This document shows positions 54,603 through 64,000 of a stretch of 64,000 nucleotides of DNA, in pieces. The position numbers and the translations under genes were made by a program. Source of the DNA: Lingula anatina. Taxonomy: Eukaryota > Animalia > Brachiopoda. Under the pieces are notes generated by a model. It was not told the DNA's origin and searched no databases. It saw nothing but the letters and a program-made list of their open reading frames with translations. Positions within the stretch are counted from its first letter, which is position 1. Every line of letters begins with the position of its first letter. Location: NCBI GenBank assembly GCA_051362555.1, contig CM120640.1, positions 13,206,001-13,270,000 on the forward strand, given 5' to 3'.

Positions 54603-56195
54603 TGTACCTACTCGAGATTATTTGCCCTCCATAAATTGGATATTTTTACTAAATAAAATCATACTTTTTACCTGTATACTTCACATCAACATATTTCCAG
54701 AAGTTCATGCATCACATGAAAATGACAGTCCACATACACCAATACCCCAATAAGAACAAATTAACATCAGACAGGGTGTGGTAAGGCAAATCAGTTGTCA
54801 CAATTCATGCTCAGTTTACATGGGGTGGGGTTCAACTTGAAATGGGCCAAGGTTATGCATGCTAGAGATCTTTGACAACATCAATTTTATTTTATAGCTT
54901 AGTTGTGCTGTCATCTTGTATGAAGTCTATTGATAATAACAATATAATGTTTTGGCTATCTCAATAAAAGTGCTCTTTTATCCCAATTCTCATAATGTAG
55001 GCTCTATTTATTTTTTAAAAGATGTTTACTTCAAAATAATTTAATCTTGATGCCTGACCTCAGTAATTTTGATCAATGACTTTCTTATAGGTAGCCTGGG
55101 CATCAGTATGTATGTGTTGTGAAAATACTTAGTATTATCCCCATAAAACCAAATGGAAAAATTCTCTTCTTCCCATTCCAATGAAAAGATACACACATCC
55201 ATTTTAACAAGTATGGTATGTGACTGACAAACGTACATCCCACAGGTCTTCATATTTCCATCTCCTTTTGATCATATACTAGGATTTTCTCTTGCAAACA
55301 GTATAATGTAATCATTAACAAAAAAAGAATGGCACACTTTATTTATACCTGTGTAATATCCATAGTGTTCCAAATGTTTTCTCATGAAACTGTCATATGG
55401 ATTCTGAAATAAATAAAAAATAAATAAAAAAATAAAAAAGAGGTTTGATTTAGACACATTCAATTCAGTAAAATACTATCATAATATTAACAAAACATGC
55501 AGGGTACAACTTCTGACCATTGCAGCTAAAGAACTGCATGCTATGTTTATAAATATTACCATTTCTAATTAAGAAACAAGTAGATGTTTTAATGAACAAA
55601 TACTTACCTTGTAAATAATTATATTATGCTAAACATGCATTTAAAGGTAAAGTGAACATGTAGGGAATGCAACAACTAAGTGAAGAAAAATGTCTTAAAT
55701 TGCTGTGTATTTACAGGGTATTGCTGAATTCAGAACTTAATTGAATGATGATCAGCTGGTACTATATATTTACTGATATCCCCAAGCAACATCATAGGTT
55801 TTTTTTTAATTATAGTCCCATATATACAGTCAGTCAATTAAATGCAACATTTTGATTTTCTAAATATATATTAATATTCCACTTTAATGTTGTAGGAGTT
55901 GTGACAGAAATACTGCAGTATTTTCCACTACAGTTATCTGATAAATCCAAAACAAGAAACAATGTTTTTGGGTGGCATTGCTTGTATGGTATACAAAATG
56001 GCAATTTGAGCCACAGATTTATCAGTGGTAATAACAAGTGTCAACAATTAGCCACCAAAATATATTTACCAATGATAAAGCACACCAGCACTTGAACCTC
56101 TTGAGTTAAAAGTCCCAAAGCTCTTACCAAGCAGCTAAGTTAACCTTGACTGGCAAAACTTTACTTACCAAATCAAAACGAAATTCATCATCCAT
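27226..56195 (-). CDS. AGBL2: Cytosolic carboxypeptidase 2/3-like (M14D tubulin deglutamylase), >30 exons, long low-complexity C-terminal tail
   Basis: N-terminus MDDEFRFDL (56195-56169) + [18 protein letters not shown] (55403-55349) resembles AGBL2 PYEDFM.RHLQYYGY. Core motifs: [10 protein letters not shown] (~43240), HTQWFYF (~42830), FAHCYPYTY (~42075), [11 protein letters not shown] (~41420), [24 protein letters not shown] (~40950-41020), YCDLHGHS (~40540), NSYTME|ATFAGS (~40090/39870), [11 protein letters not shown] (~37670). The last exons 27668-27614 and ~27381-27226 and several N- and C-terminal exons are less certain. Confidence 0.9.
50637..50673 (-). CDS. Candidate alternative first coding exon of AGBL2 ([12 protein letters not shown])
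   Basis: ATG...AAG G|GTGAGT with a strong donor; phase 1 matches the next exon 50271-50152. Confidence 0.4.
51634..51808. repeat. Diverged copy B of a ~175-bp block also found at 56320-56495
   Basis: Shared ACCAGyCATATA, TAACTCCAT, TGTCCAAACTT, TATGCTGAAAAGyTGAAArTGCCAAAGGC, CTATTCTAT.AAGAGTTTACCrTTTATGCT..GTAAACTGGCT. Confidence 0.85.
51910..52392. mobile_element. Foldback MITE (~480 bp) with ~140-bp near-perfect TIRs; superfamily uncertain
   Basis: GCGCATTCTCAACGAATTAAGCCAGGCTTTACAAAGCCGGTGACC... is mirrored by ...GGTCACCGGCTTTGTAAAGCCTGGCTTAATTCGTTGAGAATGCGC; CpG-rich; no clean TSD. Confidence 0.85.
54537..54601. repeat. (AT)n microsatellite, ~32 units
   Basis: Seen directly. Confidence 0.95.
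56085..56140 (-). pseudogene. Degenerate tRNA-Lys(UUU)-like sequence (pseudo-tRNA or SINE head) in AGBL2 intron 1
   Basis: The minus strand reads TAGCTgcttGGTAAGAGCtttggGACTTTTAActcaaGAGGTTCAAGT. This resembles tRNA-Lys TAGCTCAGTCGGTAGAGC..GACTTTTAA..GGTTCAAGT; the acceptor stem is broken. Confidence 0.5.
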
Positions 56196-56319
56196 TTTAA
56201 AGTTCCATAAATTCTTCACTCTCAAAGAACTTCTTCAAGATTCAGATTTTTGCTTTTCGGTAATGAAATTCCATTGATAGAATTAAACATTCAAAATATT
56301 TCATCTAACCACCACAAAC

Positions 56320-56495
56320 ACCAGTCATATAACTCCATACTACAGTTAGTACGTATACATGTGCTTCACTTGTCCAAACTTCTACTATGCTGAAAAGTTG
56401 AAAATGCCAAAGGCGAAGTTTTCGGTGCTATTCTATTAAGAGTTTACCGTTTATGCTTAGTAAACTGGCTCTGTATAATAAATTGCAAGTAACAT
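56320..56495. repeat. Copy A of the duplicated block, just upstream of the AGBL2 start codon
   Basis: Aligned by eye to 51634-51808. Confidence 0.85.
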
Positions 56496-56992
56496 AAACT
56501 TAAATCGTTAAGTAAATAAGTAAACAAGCCTATTATATAAAAAGTGCTGTCAGTGCACCCTTCCATATAAGCGCCAGTATTTGTACAACTTTAGTGGAGC
56601 ACCTCACTTTCCGCCACACATCCCTCGCACTGAAAAGTAGTACAAAATACGTTTACATTCATATAATTGTAAATAGTTGTTCCAAACCAAAACCCTACAA
56701 AATTATTTAAATTTAATAATAAGTAGTCTTTAAAACATGCGGTTTCGTGGCTATTAAGTACGTTTTTATTATATTAGATAAGAAAAGCGGATTGATCTGC
56801 ATAGTTGCTACACGCTCAGTAAGACCGCACTTAATTATTTTTTGAGTAATTTATATGATATGGCCTGATTCATAAATATTTTTACCGTTAAATTTATTCT
56901 AATCTTTTTTATTTCTTTATATATACATATCTGAAACAAAAGTCACTTAATCTACAATCATGATTTGATGTGTGAATTTTAGCCCGATCCTA

Positions 56993-57002
56993 CTTCCTCT
57001 TT
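56993..57002 (+). promoter_or_regulatory. TCT/5'TOP initiator of RPL39
   Basis: CTTCCTCTTT ~50 nt before the ATG, followed by a YY1-like CCGCCAT at ~57012; typical of ribosomal protein genes. Confidence 0.8.
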
Positions 57003-57041
57003 GGCACCCATCCGCCATAGTGGTTTGACCACAAAAGGAAA

Positions 57042-59140
57042 ATGGTACGAATCAAACATCATATTCTGCTATTAGTTGGCCATATTTGTAATCATTGAAA
57101 CATGAAACTGACAAGCTATGTCTGATGTTATCGTGTACTTATATTTTGGCGTCTGATGCATAAAGATGTTTCAGATTGAAACTGATTTTTCTTGGGGGGG
57201 CCCGGGTGCGTGTCTATTTCACACAGCTTGTTATGATGCACCTTTTACATGTAGTTTTTGACAATTTTGCAGTATTCTCTCCACCCTGTAAGTCTTATAT
57301 TTCTCAACATCTTTGTTAAAAATGATGAGGTGGCTTTAAGCAATGTCTCTGCCATTTAATTAAGTCATATTGGCAATTCATTTACTAATTTAATGTATTT
57401 TACCAATACATTCATGCCCGTAAAATTTGGAGAGCAGAAGCCACCACAGAGTTGAAAATTTGCTATAATCTCATAGGTCAAACAGCTTGAAAAGTTAATA
57501 AAAATATTAATAGAGTAAAACATTTCTTAACTTATTTGAATAGCAGAGATATTGATCAAGTCACGCTCGGCTGTCACCTTGATTGGATAGTAAACGATTG
57601 TCGTAAAATCGCTAAATGATATTAAAACCGGGTTCATAAACTTGAAAACCACCTAGGACAACCTTAGACTGCCACATTAATCCAATACAATGCAAAAATA
57701 AACTATAACAAGTGGTTAAAGCCTTCAAACCGAATGTCGTAAAGTCCCCATATACCTCCATAGAGACATTAAAATAGAGTCAGCTTGTGACAGCCGAGCG
57801 TGGATCAAGTTCATTGCATAACCTCATTATGATGAATAAGCACTAGAGTTATGGGGGGGGGGGGGGGGTGCAAATGAATCCAATTTTGTTTGATGTTTTC
57901 AAAGGAGGTGGTGATTGAGCACTGACGAATTATTGATACTTATGTATGGCAGTCTTGGTTAACTTACATATTTTTATAAAATTTGTAAGCTGTACCATTG
58001 GACACTAGTCCAAGAAACTTGGACATCTAGAGGCACTGGGCTAGTTAAAAAATGAAAGTTTTGTATATCACCAGGTCACTGTTAGGTCTTGATTACCTGG
58101 GCTCCGTATCTCGAAAGGTTCGCTATGTTGCGCACGTGCGCAAGTGTCTCGATTCCATAACCAATTCTATTTCGAGATACGGGGCCATGGAATCGAGATG
58201 CTTGCGCACGTGCGCAACATAGCGAACCTTTCGAGATACGGAGCCCCTGAACTGCTATGAGTCTTTTTTTTTTAAGACTGAATAATAACTGATAAGGTTA
58301 ATTTTATTTTCCACTAAGATAATAAATTGCTGAATGCTCTTTTTTTTTACATTTTCTCACCAGCCTGCCCACAAGACATTTAGAATAAAGACCAAACTGG
58401 CTAAGGCTATGAAACAGAACCGCCCCATTCCACAGTGGGTTAGGATGAGAACTGGCAACACGATCAGGTAAAACTATTACTTTGTATAATGTAGGTATAC
58501 TCTGAAGCTAAACAATTAAATTTTGGTTTCATGGTTTATCATGGTTCATATTTATCATTAACTTTTCCTTTGGTCTCTGCACACTGGATTAAAACAAAAT
58601 TATATTAGTTGTCAGTGCTAAAAGTGATGGTTATTACCAGTAGGTTGTTGTCATGGTAACCTAAGGACGTCAATTTTTTTTCATGGTCTTTATTTAAATC
58701 ATGTTTCGGATGCATGTGTATACATGGGATAAAATCTTGGCCTTTTTAGTTCGTAAATCTGTGGAAAGACGTTTGCAGTAAATCATAGTAGATACAACTG
58801 TCATAATCATATAGACCAATTACATTTACTAATCAGATAGATTAGGTGGATCCTTCTGTAGAATTTTACTGTTGTGGGTGACGGTCTCAATGGTAGAGCA
58901 CGTCTTGTCACAGAATTGTACAAATAGGGCCACCTTTTTCAATTCACAAATATAATGAACATTTGTGTCATCTAATGTTAGCTTCTCTTAGATGAGCCAC
59001 CAGTTGTGTTCGTAACACCGGTGACAAAAGTTGCGTAGAAAATGTATTAAATTTTAATACAAATTGACTCTCTGTTCATTTGTTTATTCAGATACAATGC
59101 TAAGAGGCGTCACTGGAGAAGAACAAAGTTGAAGTTGTAA
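57042..59140 (+). CDS. RPL39: 60S ribosomal protein L39 (eL39), 51 aa
   Basis: Exons 57042-57044 (ATG only), 58364-58467, 59092-59140: [51 protein letters not shown]; AATAAA at ~59343. Confidence 0.98.
57562..57802. mobile_element. 241-bp MITE with 16-bp perfect TIRs and an 8-bp TSD (hAT- or P-like)
   Basis: GATCAAGT|CACGCTCGGCTGTCAC ... GTGACAGCCGAGCGTG|GATCAAGT. Confidence 0.92.
58099..58246. mobile_element. Palindromic PIF/Harbinger-like MITE (~148 bp)
   Basis: ~60-bp arms GGGCTCCGTATCTCGAAAGGTTCGCTATGTTGCGCACGTGCGCAAG.. and ..CTTGCGCACGTGCGCAACATAGCGAACCTTTCGAGATACGGAGCCC, with CTG/CCTG at both flanks. GGGC termini and a CWG target are Harbinger-like. Confidence 0.8.
58647..58660. promoter_or_regulatory. 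RFX X-box consensus match
   Basis: GTTGTCATGGTAAC fits GTHNYY-AT-RRNAAC exactly. Confidence 0.45.
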
Positions 59141-59938
59141 ACTGTCCAGTGCTGACCACATGATGATTGCAATGACACCAAGGCAACACTGTCCAATAGA
59201 CTTGAACTTTATTATTATTATGGTGGACATGAGTGGACTGTAAACAAACATTTCATACAAAGATATTTCTAAGCTTAAAAAATGTTGAAATTTCTCAAAA
59301 GGTGGTTCATTTACATCAGCATGAACAACTTTGCTGGTATTCAATAAAGGAAAAAAAACAACTGAAATAAAACATTGCGTTCTAACAACATGAGATATGA
59401 CTTGGGCCTTTGTTAGTTCTTTCTCTGAGCATCTGTAGTTCAGTATTCACAATTCATTATTTCTGCTCGTGATACATCTAAAATGACTAGAATTAATATT
59501 TCAAGCTTTTAAAAAAGTTACTTAAGGAATGGGTTTTAGAAGAGATGGTGGGATGTTGAGTTTAAAAAGGTGCTTTAGCAATGATACGGCCTTACCTTTG
59601 TGCTTCTCAATTTACTTCAACTGGTGTCAAACCCTAGGATATAAGCCTGTAGAAAAGATGATGGTTTAGAGCACGTAAAGGTCTTGTTAATGTTAGATGT
59701 TATTTCTGTATATCTTGTACAAAGGCTGCCCTTCAGGCAAAGAAGCGCTAAGTTCTTGAAACCCGAGTATTCCCATTCGTGTTGCGACCCTTTAAACCAC
59801 AAAATACAATGACAAAGGAAATAAATAAGAGATAGTATAACGTTTTCCGTGCGAATTATTGGCAGAAAAAAGACTGAAAATAGAAATATGATCAGAGGAA
59901 AGAAAAAGTGGTAATTGATTAGATAACGGATCATTTAA

Positions 59939-60194
59939 AGGGATAACTCTTCGTTTTGGCCAAAAAATGAATTTTCCTGGAGTAAACAACTATTTTCCCG
60001 CACTTACCAATTAAGAGATTATAACAAAGTATAGCCATCAATGGAGGTCATGTGGTCTAAAGACAAGCTCAGACATCAGAATAATAGCTATAACTGCCAC
60101 TTTTCTTGTACAACAGAATATATCATATTTCTATGAGTTTTTCTAAGTGTGTTTATTTTCAAATATAGATCTCATACGAAGAGTTATTATCCCT
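59939..60194. mobile_element. Kolobok-like MITE (256 bp, TTAA TSD)
   Basis: TTAA|AGGGATAACTCTTCGT ... ACGAAGAGTTATTATCCCT|TTAA; purine-purine termini with a TTAA target. Confidence 0.8.
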
Positions 60195-61137
60195 TTAATT
60201 TCTTTTATTCATAGCCAATAAGTGAAGGGAAGGGAAATAAAGTAAACAGATATAAAGCAACAACTTTATTGACTCACCAATTGCATCATAAAGGTCGAGT
60301 CCGGTGAAAAGAAGGAAGTAGTGTGGTTGCTCTTCTTCAGAAGATAAAAGACATTCAGTAACAAAAGCAGCTGACTTCCATTACGTTGATTAAAAAACTG
60401 TTCACACACACACCAAACAAAAAGAAATACGCCAAGGGTCGTTTTTAAAGTCATGCACTGCATGTTTGAGAACGCGACACGACGGATATCGTAAAAAAAC
60501 CCAGGTATAGCATATCTAGCCTGTGTGCATTCTACGTGTGCGCTTACTTTAATTTCATCAGTCGAGGTTAAATGTGTTACAGCTATCGCCATTTAAGGTG
60601 TACGTGACAAGCTCTCGCTTTCAACTCACTGCCTCATTCTCTACCAGGGGCTATATGTCAATGGAGTCAATGCTGAACACATTTACTGGGCACAGTGCAG
60701 AAATGTGCACAGAATTAGCCAGAGAAATATCTTTGACATTCTAGAGAAAAATCTCTCTGCGGCCCGGGTAAAGAGTATTACTGCCTCGCATTGCCTCTAC
60801 TACCTTTTCTTCATTTTTGAATTAGCTAGGTAAAGGGCAATTTATAACTATGATATGTTGCTAAAAACTTTTTTATGAAAGGTAAAAAATAATATGAAAA
60901 CAGACAAAGTCCGCGAAAACAGACAATTTGCCAAGTGACAACATTTAGAAACTCAGGCTTGATCGTCAGCAAATGCATCGATGAAAATCTTGTAAAGATC
61001 ACGACATGTTGATGGTGATGTAATAGTTAAGTATAATTTCTATTTTTTCATTATCATTTTTTTTATTTTATTTTTCTGCCTCTTGGCTAATCGAAAACCG
61101 GTCGATGTAAGCGAAACTTATGATGTTTGTTGGAAGA

Positions 61138-61236
61138 TGCATAACGTTTGCTACAGGGAAATATTCCAGTGCATGCAATATATATGCTGCATAACGTTTG
61201 CTACAGGGAAATATTCCAATGCATGCAATGTACATG
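61138..61236. repeat. Tandem duplication, two copies of a ~50-bp unit
   Basis: TGCATAACGTTTGCTACAGGGAAATATTCCArTGCATGCAAT occurs twice. Confidence 0.9.
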
Positions 61237-62151
61237 TATGAGCGTCGGTGCCGCAGTGGGTTAGGCTCTCAAATCGAAACCAAGCGACCCGGGCATGATG
61301 CCGACAGAGAAAGGAAGTAGTCTTGAAAGCAAATCGGGTCAGGTGAGTAAAGGTGACATCCTGGGAACAAGAAGAAGGAGACAGTGTGTAAGTAGACATG
61401 AAAATTTAAATTAAGAAATTGAAAAAAGATAGAACATTAGATGCTTCTACAGAGTGAGAATGCTCCAGAAGGTTTGCAAAATAATGATATAAAACGAAAT
61501 GTATGTTTGGAATCTTTGCGTTCAATGAAAAACATATTCAATGAATTTTTCGAAATTGTGTTTTTCTGTCATAAATATTGAAGAAAAGACAAGGCACCGC
61601 TTAGATCTGTTAGGAAATAAAAAAAATACAGAAATTAATGGTGGTACGATTTAAGTTAAGAGAATAAAATCTTCCTTTCCGTACCGGGGAACATCTTACC
61701 CACGGAAAATCGACGGGCATATTCCAAGTGACACCATTATTCTCATATAAAATAACGAGTCGATATAAATTCCTTAGAAAAAATAAGAAAGTCGTCGCAC
61801 TCTGGTGCCACGCGCAAGAGCTTGACAGTTTTTGATGCAGTCAAGATTCAGTCTTATTTCTGATACAAATATTTAAAAAACTATTTTAATTGGAATCATT
61901 GTGGAAGAAGAAAAGCGATTGAATGTATATGACACAATGGGCAGTGGGAAGAATGCAAATTATGGACCAAAATATACTGTATTTTCGACCGTAGTTAAGA
62001 ACAAATCGGCTTCCAGTCAGTATTACATGGACTGTCTGAGACGGTCACGATTTCAGCACGTATCGGAACTAGACAATGTTTTGAGACCGTGACACAGGCT
62101 TTCATTGTTGTTAAAATAATTTTATTCAAAATCTCAATTATTAACTAAAAC

Positions 62152-62185
62152 CAAGGACGTGAACTAAATTCAGTTAACGTCCTTG
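62152..62185. mobile_element. 34-bp palindrome with a 7-bp TSD; P-element-like excision footprint or micro-MITE
   Basis: CTAAAAC|CAAGGACGTGAACTAAA-TTCAGTTAACGTCCTTG|CTAAAAC. Confidence 0.7.
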
Positions 62186-64000
62186 CTAAAACATAAACAT
62201 ATATGCTTTTTCGTCATATAATCTGGTGAGTCCAAAGCCGGTCACAGCTAATGCAATTCCACTGTAAGTCCTTTTGAATGGACGGAGAGATGGAATAAGT
62301 TTGGTCAGACGTGACCTGTTTACATGAACTAATCAACAACATAAATAAACATCAAACATATTTAACATGTGATCTTTTCCTGGAAGTCACACTTTATGTT
62401 GTCTACGTATTGTTTGTCTACGGATTTTAAAAACTGATTTGCAATAGTTTTCTCCTTTTTGTCAACATTATTCAAAATGTTAACAATTCTTTGCTGAGCT
62501 CCCTTTGGCTGTTTGTTGAGTTGGTGCTTCAACACTATTCCACATTTGGATGAATAAGAATCCACTTTTTGCCCCCCTTAAACGACATTCGAACTTTAAG
62601 AAGAGTGAGAACACTTCTGCATAGGGTAAGGCTTTTGAAAACTAACCATATTTTACCTTCCGGTAAGGATATATCATTTGAAAAATTGACGAATGGACAA
62701 ATAAATCTGATCGTTACAGTTGTCAAAATACCTTGTGTAACTTACTCGAAAGGCATGGTGGGCGTAGATTACTGTATCCGGAAATACAAACTAAGAATAT
62801 TTCTAAGCAGCTGTATTGCTCGTCTTATTAACTTGATTTGATTTATGCTCGACTGATCCGCTAGGAATAAGCCGATGTTTCATTTCAGAAGTAACAAACA
62901 GCGAACCTATTTTGACTCTAATTAACACGGCAGCATTTATCCTAATCCAGTGTTGCCCAATCGCTCTGAAAGGAAAGGCAGCTTGTATATTTATTCATTA
63001 ATTTTACAGTACTTACTTTATCCATGTGATTATTTTGTTTTATTTTATTTATTCATCTATTTACTGCAGATATTTTTGAAGAAATGAGTACACCTTTGCA
63101 GGCAGACGGTCATGAATAACAAACTCAACGAGTCTAATATCGAAGACATTCATAATGGTTTTATGGCAAACAAATTGGTATACTAACGGCATATGAATGT
63201 ATATCTAATAGATTGCAGTGAAAGGGGACATGGCACCTTATGTAGTTACTTGTACTTGACGTCTGTTAGAAGTCAGGAGAGAAGAACTTAATGAACCAGC
63301 ACTCTGTTTGACAAGTGATGTATGCAGAAATCTTAGCCTTCTAAGTCTTCCGTTATACAATGTATTTTCCCTTTCATGTAGGTGATAAAAAGGTTTGCTA
63401 AATATAGTTAAAGCACCCCGCACTTCAAAGACATTTTCTTGACGATATTTGTTTCCCGGCTTTAATGTCTGTTGGAAACTATACGCTACTAGAGAGCTGG
63501 GTTTCCACCAATAAATACCAGGAAATTTTAGAGTAGAATTTGCCAAGACGTCATCAAAATTGTGGGTTAAACTAAGTCCTGCAGCGGTTAAATGTAGATG
63601 TACACTTTTAAAGAATTCTGTTCACCCTTAACTGGCATGCAGCATTTAGTTTATGCCAGTTTTTTTAATTAGAGCTTCAATGCGTTTCGTGCCTTTTTTT
63701 AAAGAAATTCATGTCAATAAACGTGATTCGCTCACATCGGAGGCGAATCATGCCCGGATCAGGCATGTTTATGCAGTTGTCAGGTATGCAATATCAGTTT
63801 GTAATTCCAGAATACAAAAAAAGAATGAATTGGCGAACAAAATTAATTTTACCTCAGAAATAAAGATAAAAACACACAAAAAACTTGTTTAACATTCGAT
63901 TTATGAAGTATTTAGCACAAATAATTCGCCCCTTTTTCTTGAAGAATTATTTATCAGACCAGTAAAGTGATAAACCATCTGAATATATCTCCCCAAGCTT

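Larger units (their letters stand above)
59617..63578 (-). other. Possible 3' part of an unidentified spliced gene
   Basis: An open frame of >110 codons follows an acceptor at 63578 (GLSLTHNFDDVLANSTLKFPGIYWWKP...). Candidate exons are ~61360-61280, 60370-60278 (GTGAGT donor) and 59789-59617. No domain is recognisable and the joins are unverified. Confidence 0.25.

Noticed and set aside
54422-54634. ORF with a YIYI repeat
   Set aside because: Translation of an (AT)n microsatellite.
57322-57926. C/D snoRNAs from ATGATGA boxes at ~57322 and ~57829
   Set aside because: No suitably spaced CTGA with a terminal stem or recognisable rRNA guide; the second spans a poly-G run.
58657-58664. TAACCTAA as a telomerase RNA template within the structured RPL39 intron
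   Set aside because: It would template TTAGG (arthropod type), not the TTAGGG expected if this is a lophotrochozoan. It overlaps the X-box and a hairpin, and I found no convincing pseudoknot or P6.1.
58760-58934. RNase P/MRP RNA in RPL39 intron 2
   Set aside because: GGAAAGAC and ACAAATAGGGCCAC only loosely resemble CR-I and CR-V, and they do not form the P4 helix.
1-64000. CRISPR arrays, rRNA, intact tRNA genes, prokaryotic operons
   Set aside because: None seen; the sequence is eukaryotic with spliceosomal introns.

Overview
AT-rich, intron-containing animal genomic DNA. The style suggests an invertebrate, probably a lophotrochozoan such as a mollusc, but this is inference. The ORF track is largely uninformative, so spliced gene models were rebuilt by hand from GT-AG boundaries and reading-frame phase. 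In order the window holds: an intact 5' part of an L1/Tx1-type retrotransposon ORF2 (-); the 3' end of a PDZ-domain gene (+); nurim (-), whose 9.2-kb last intron hosts a complete antisense 4-exon gene for a secreted, furin-cleavable Spaetzle/neurotrophin-like cystine-knot protein with an atypical cysteine pattern; PTGR3/ZADH2 (+, peroxisomal SKL), head-to-head with nurim; a 29-kb cytosolic carboxypeptidase AGBL2/CCP2-like gene (-); and RPL39 (+), head-to-head with it. Many small DNA-transposon relics are present, including a 34-bp palindrome that fits a P-element excision footprint. RPL39 intron 2 is unusually dense in hairpins and carries an RFX X-box match. The last ~4.5 kb may hold a poorly supported minus-strand gene.
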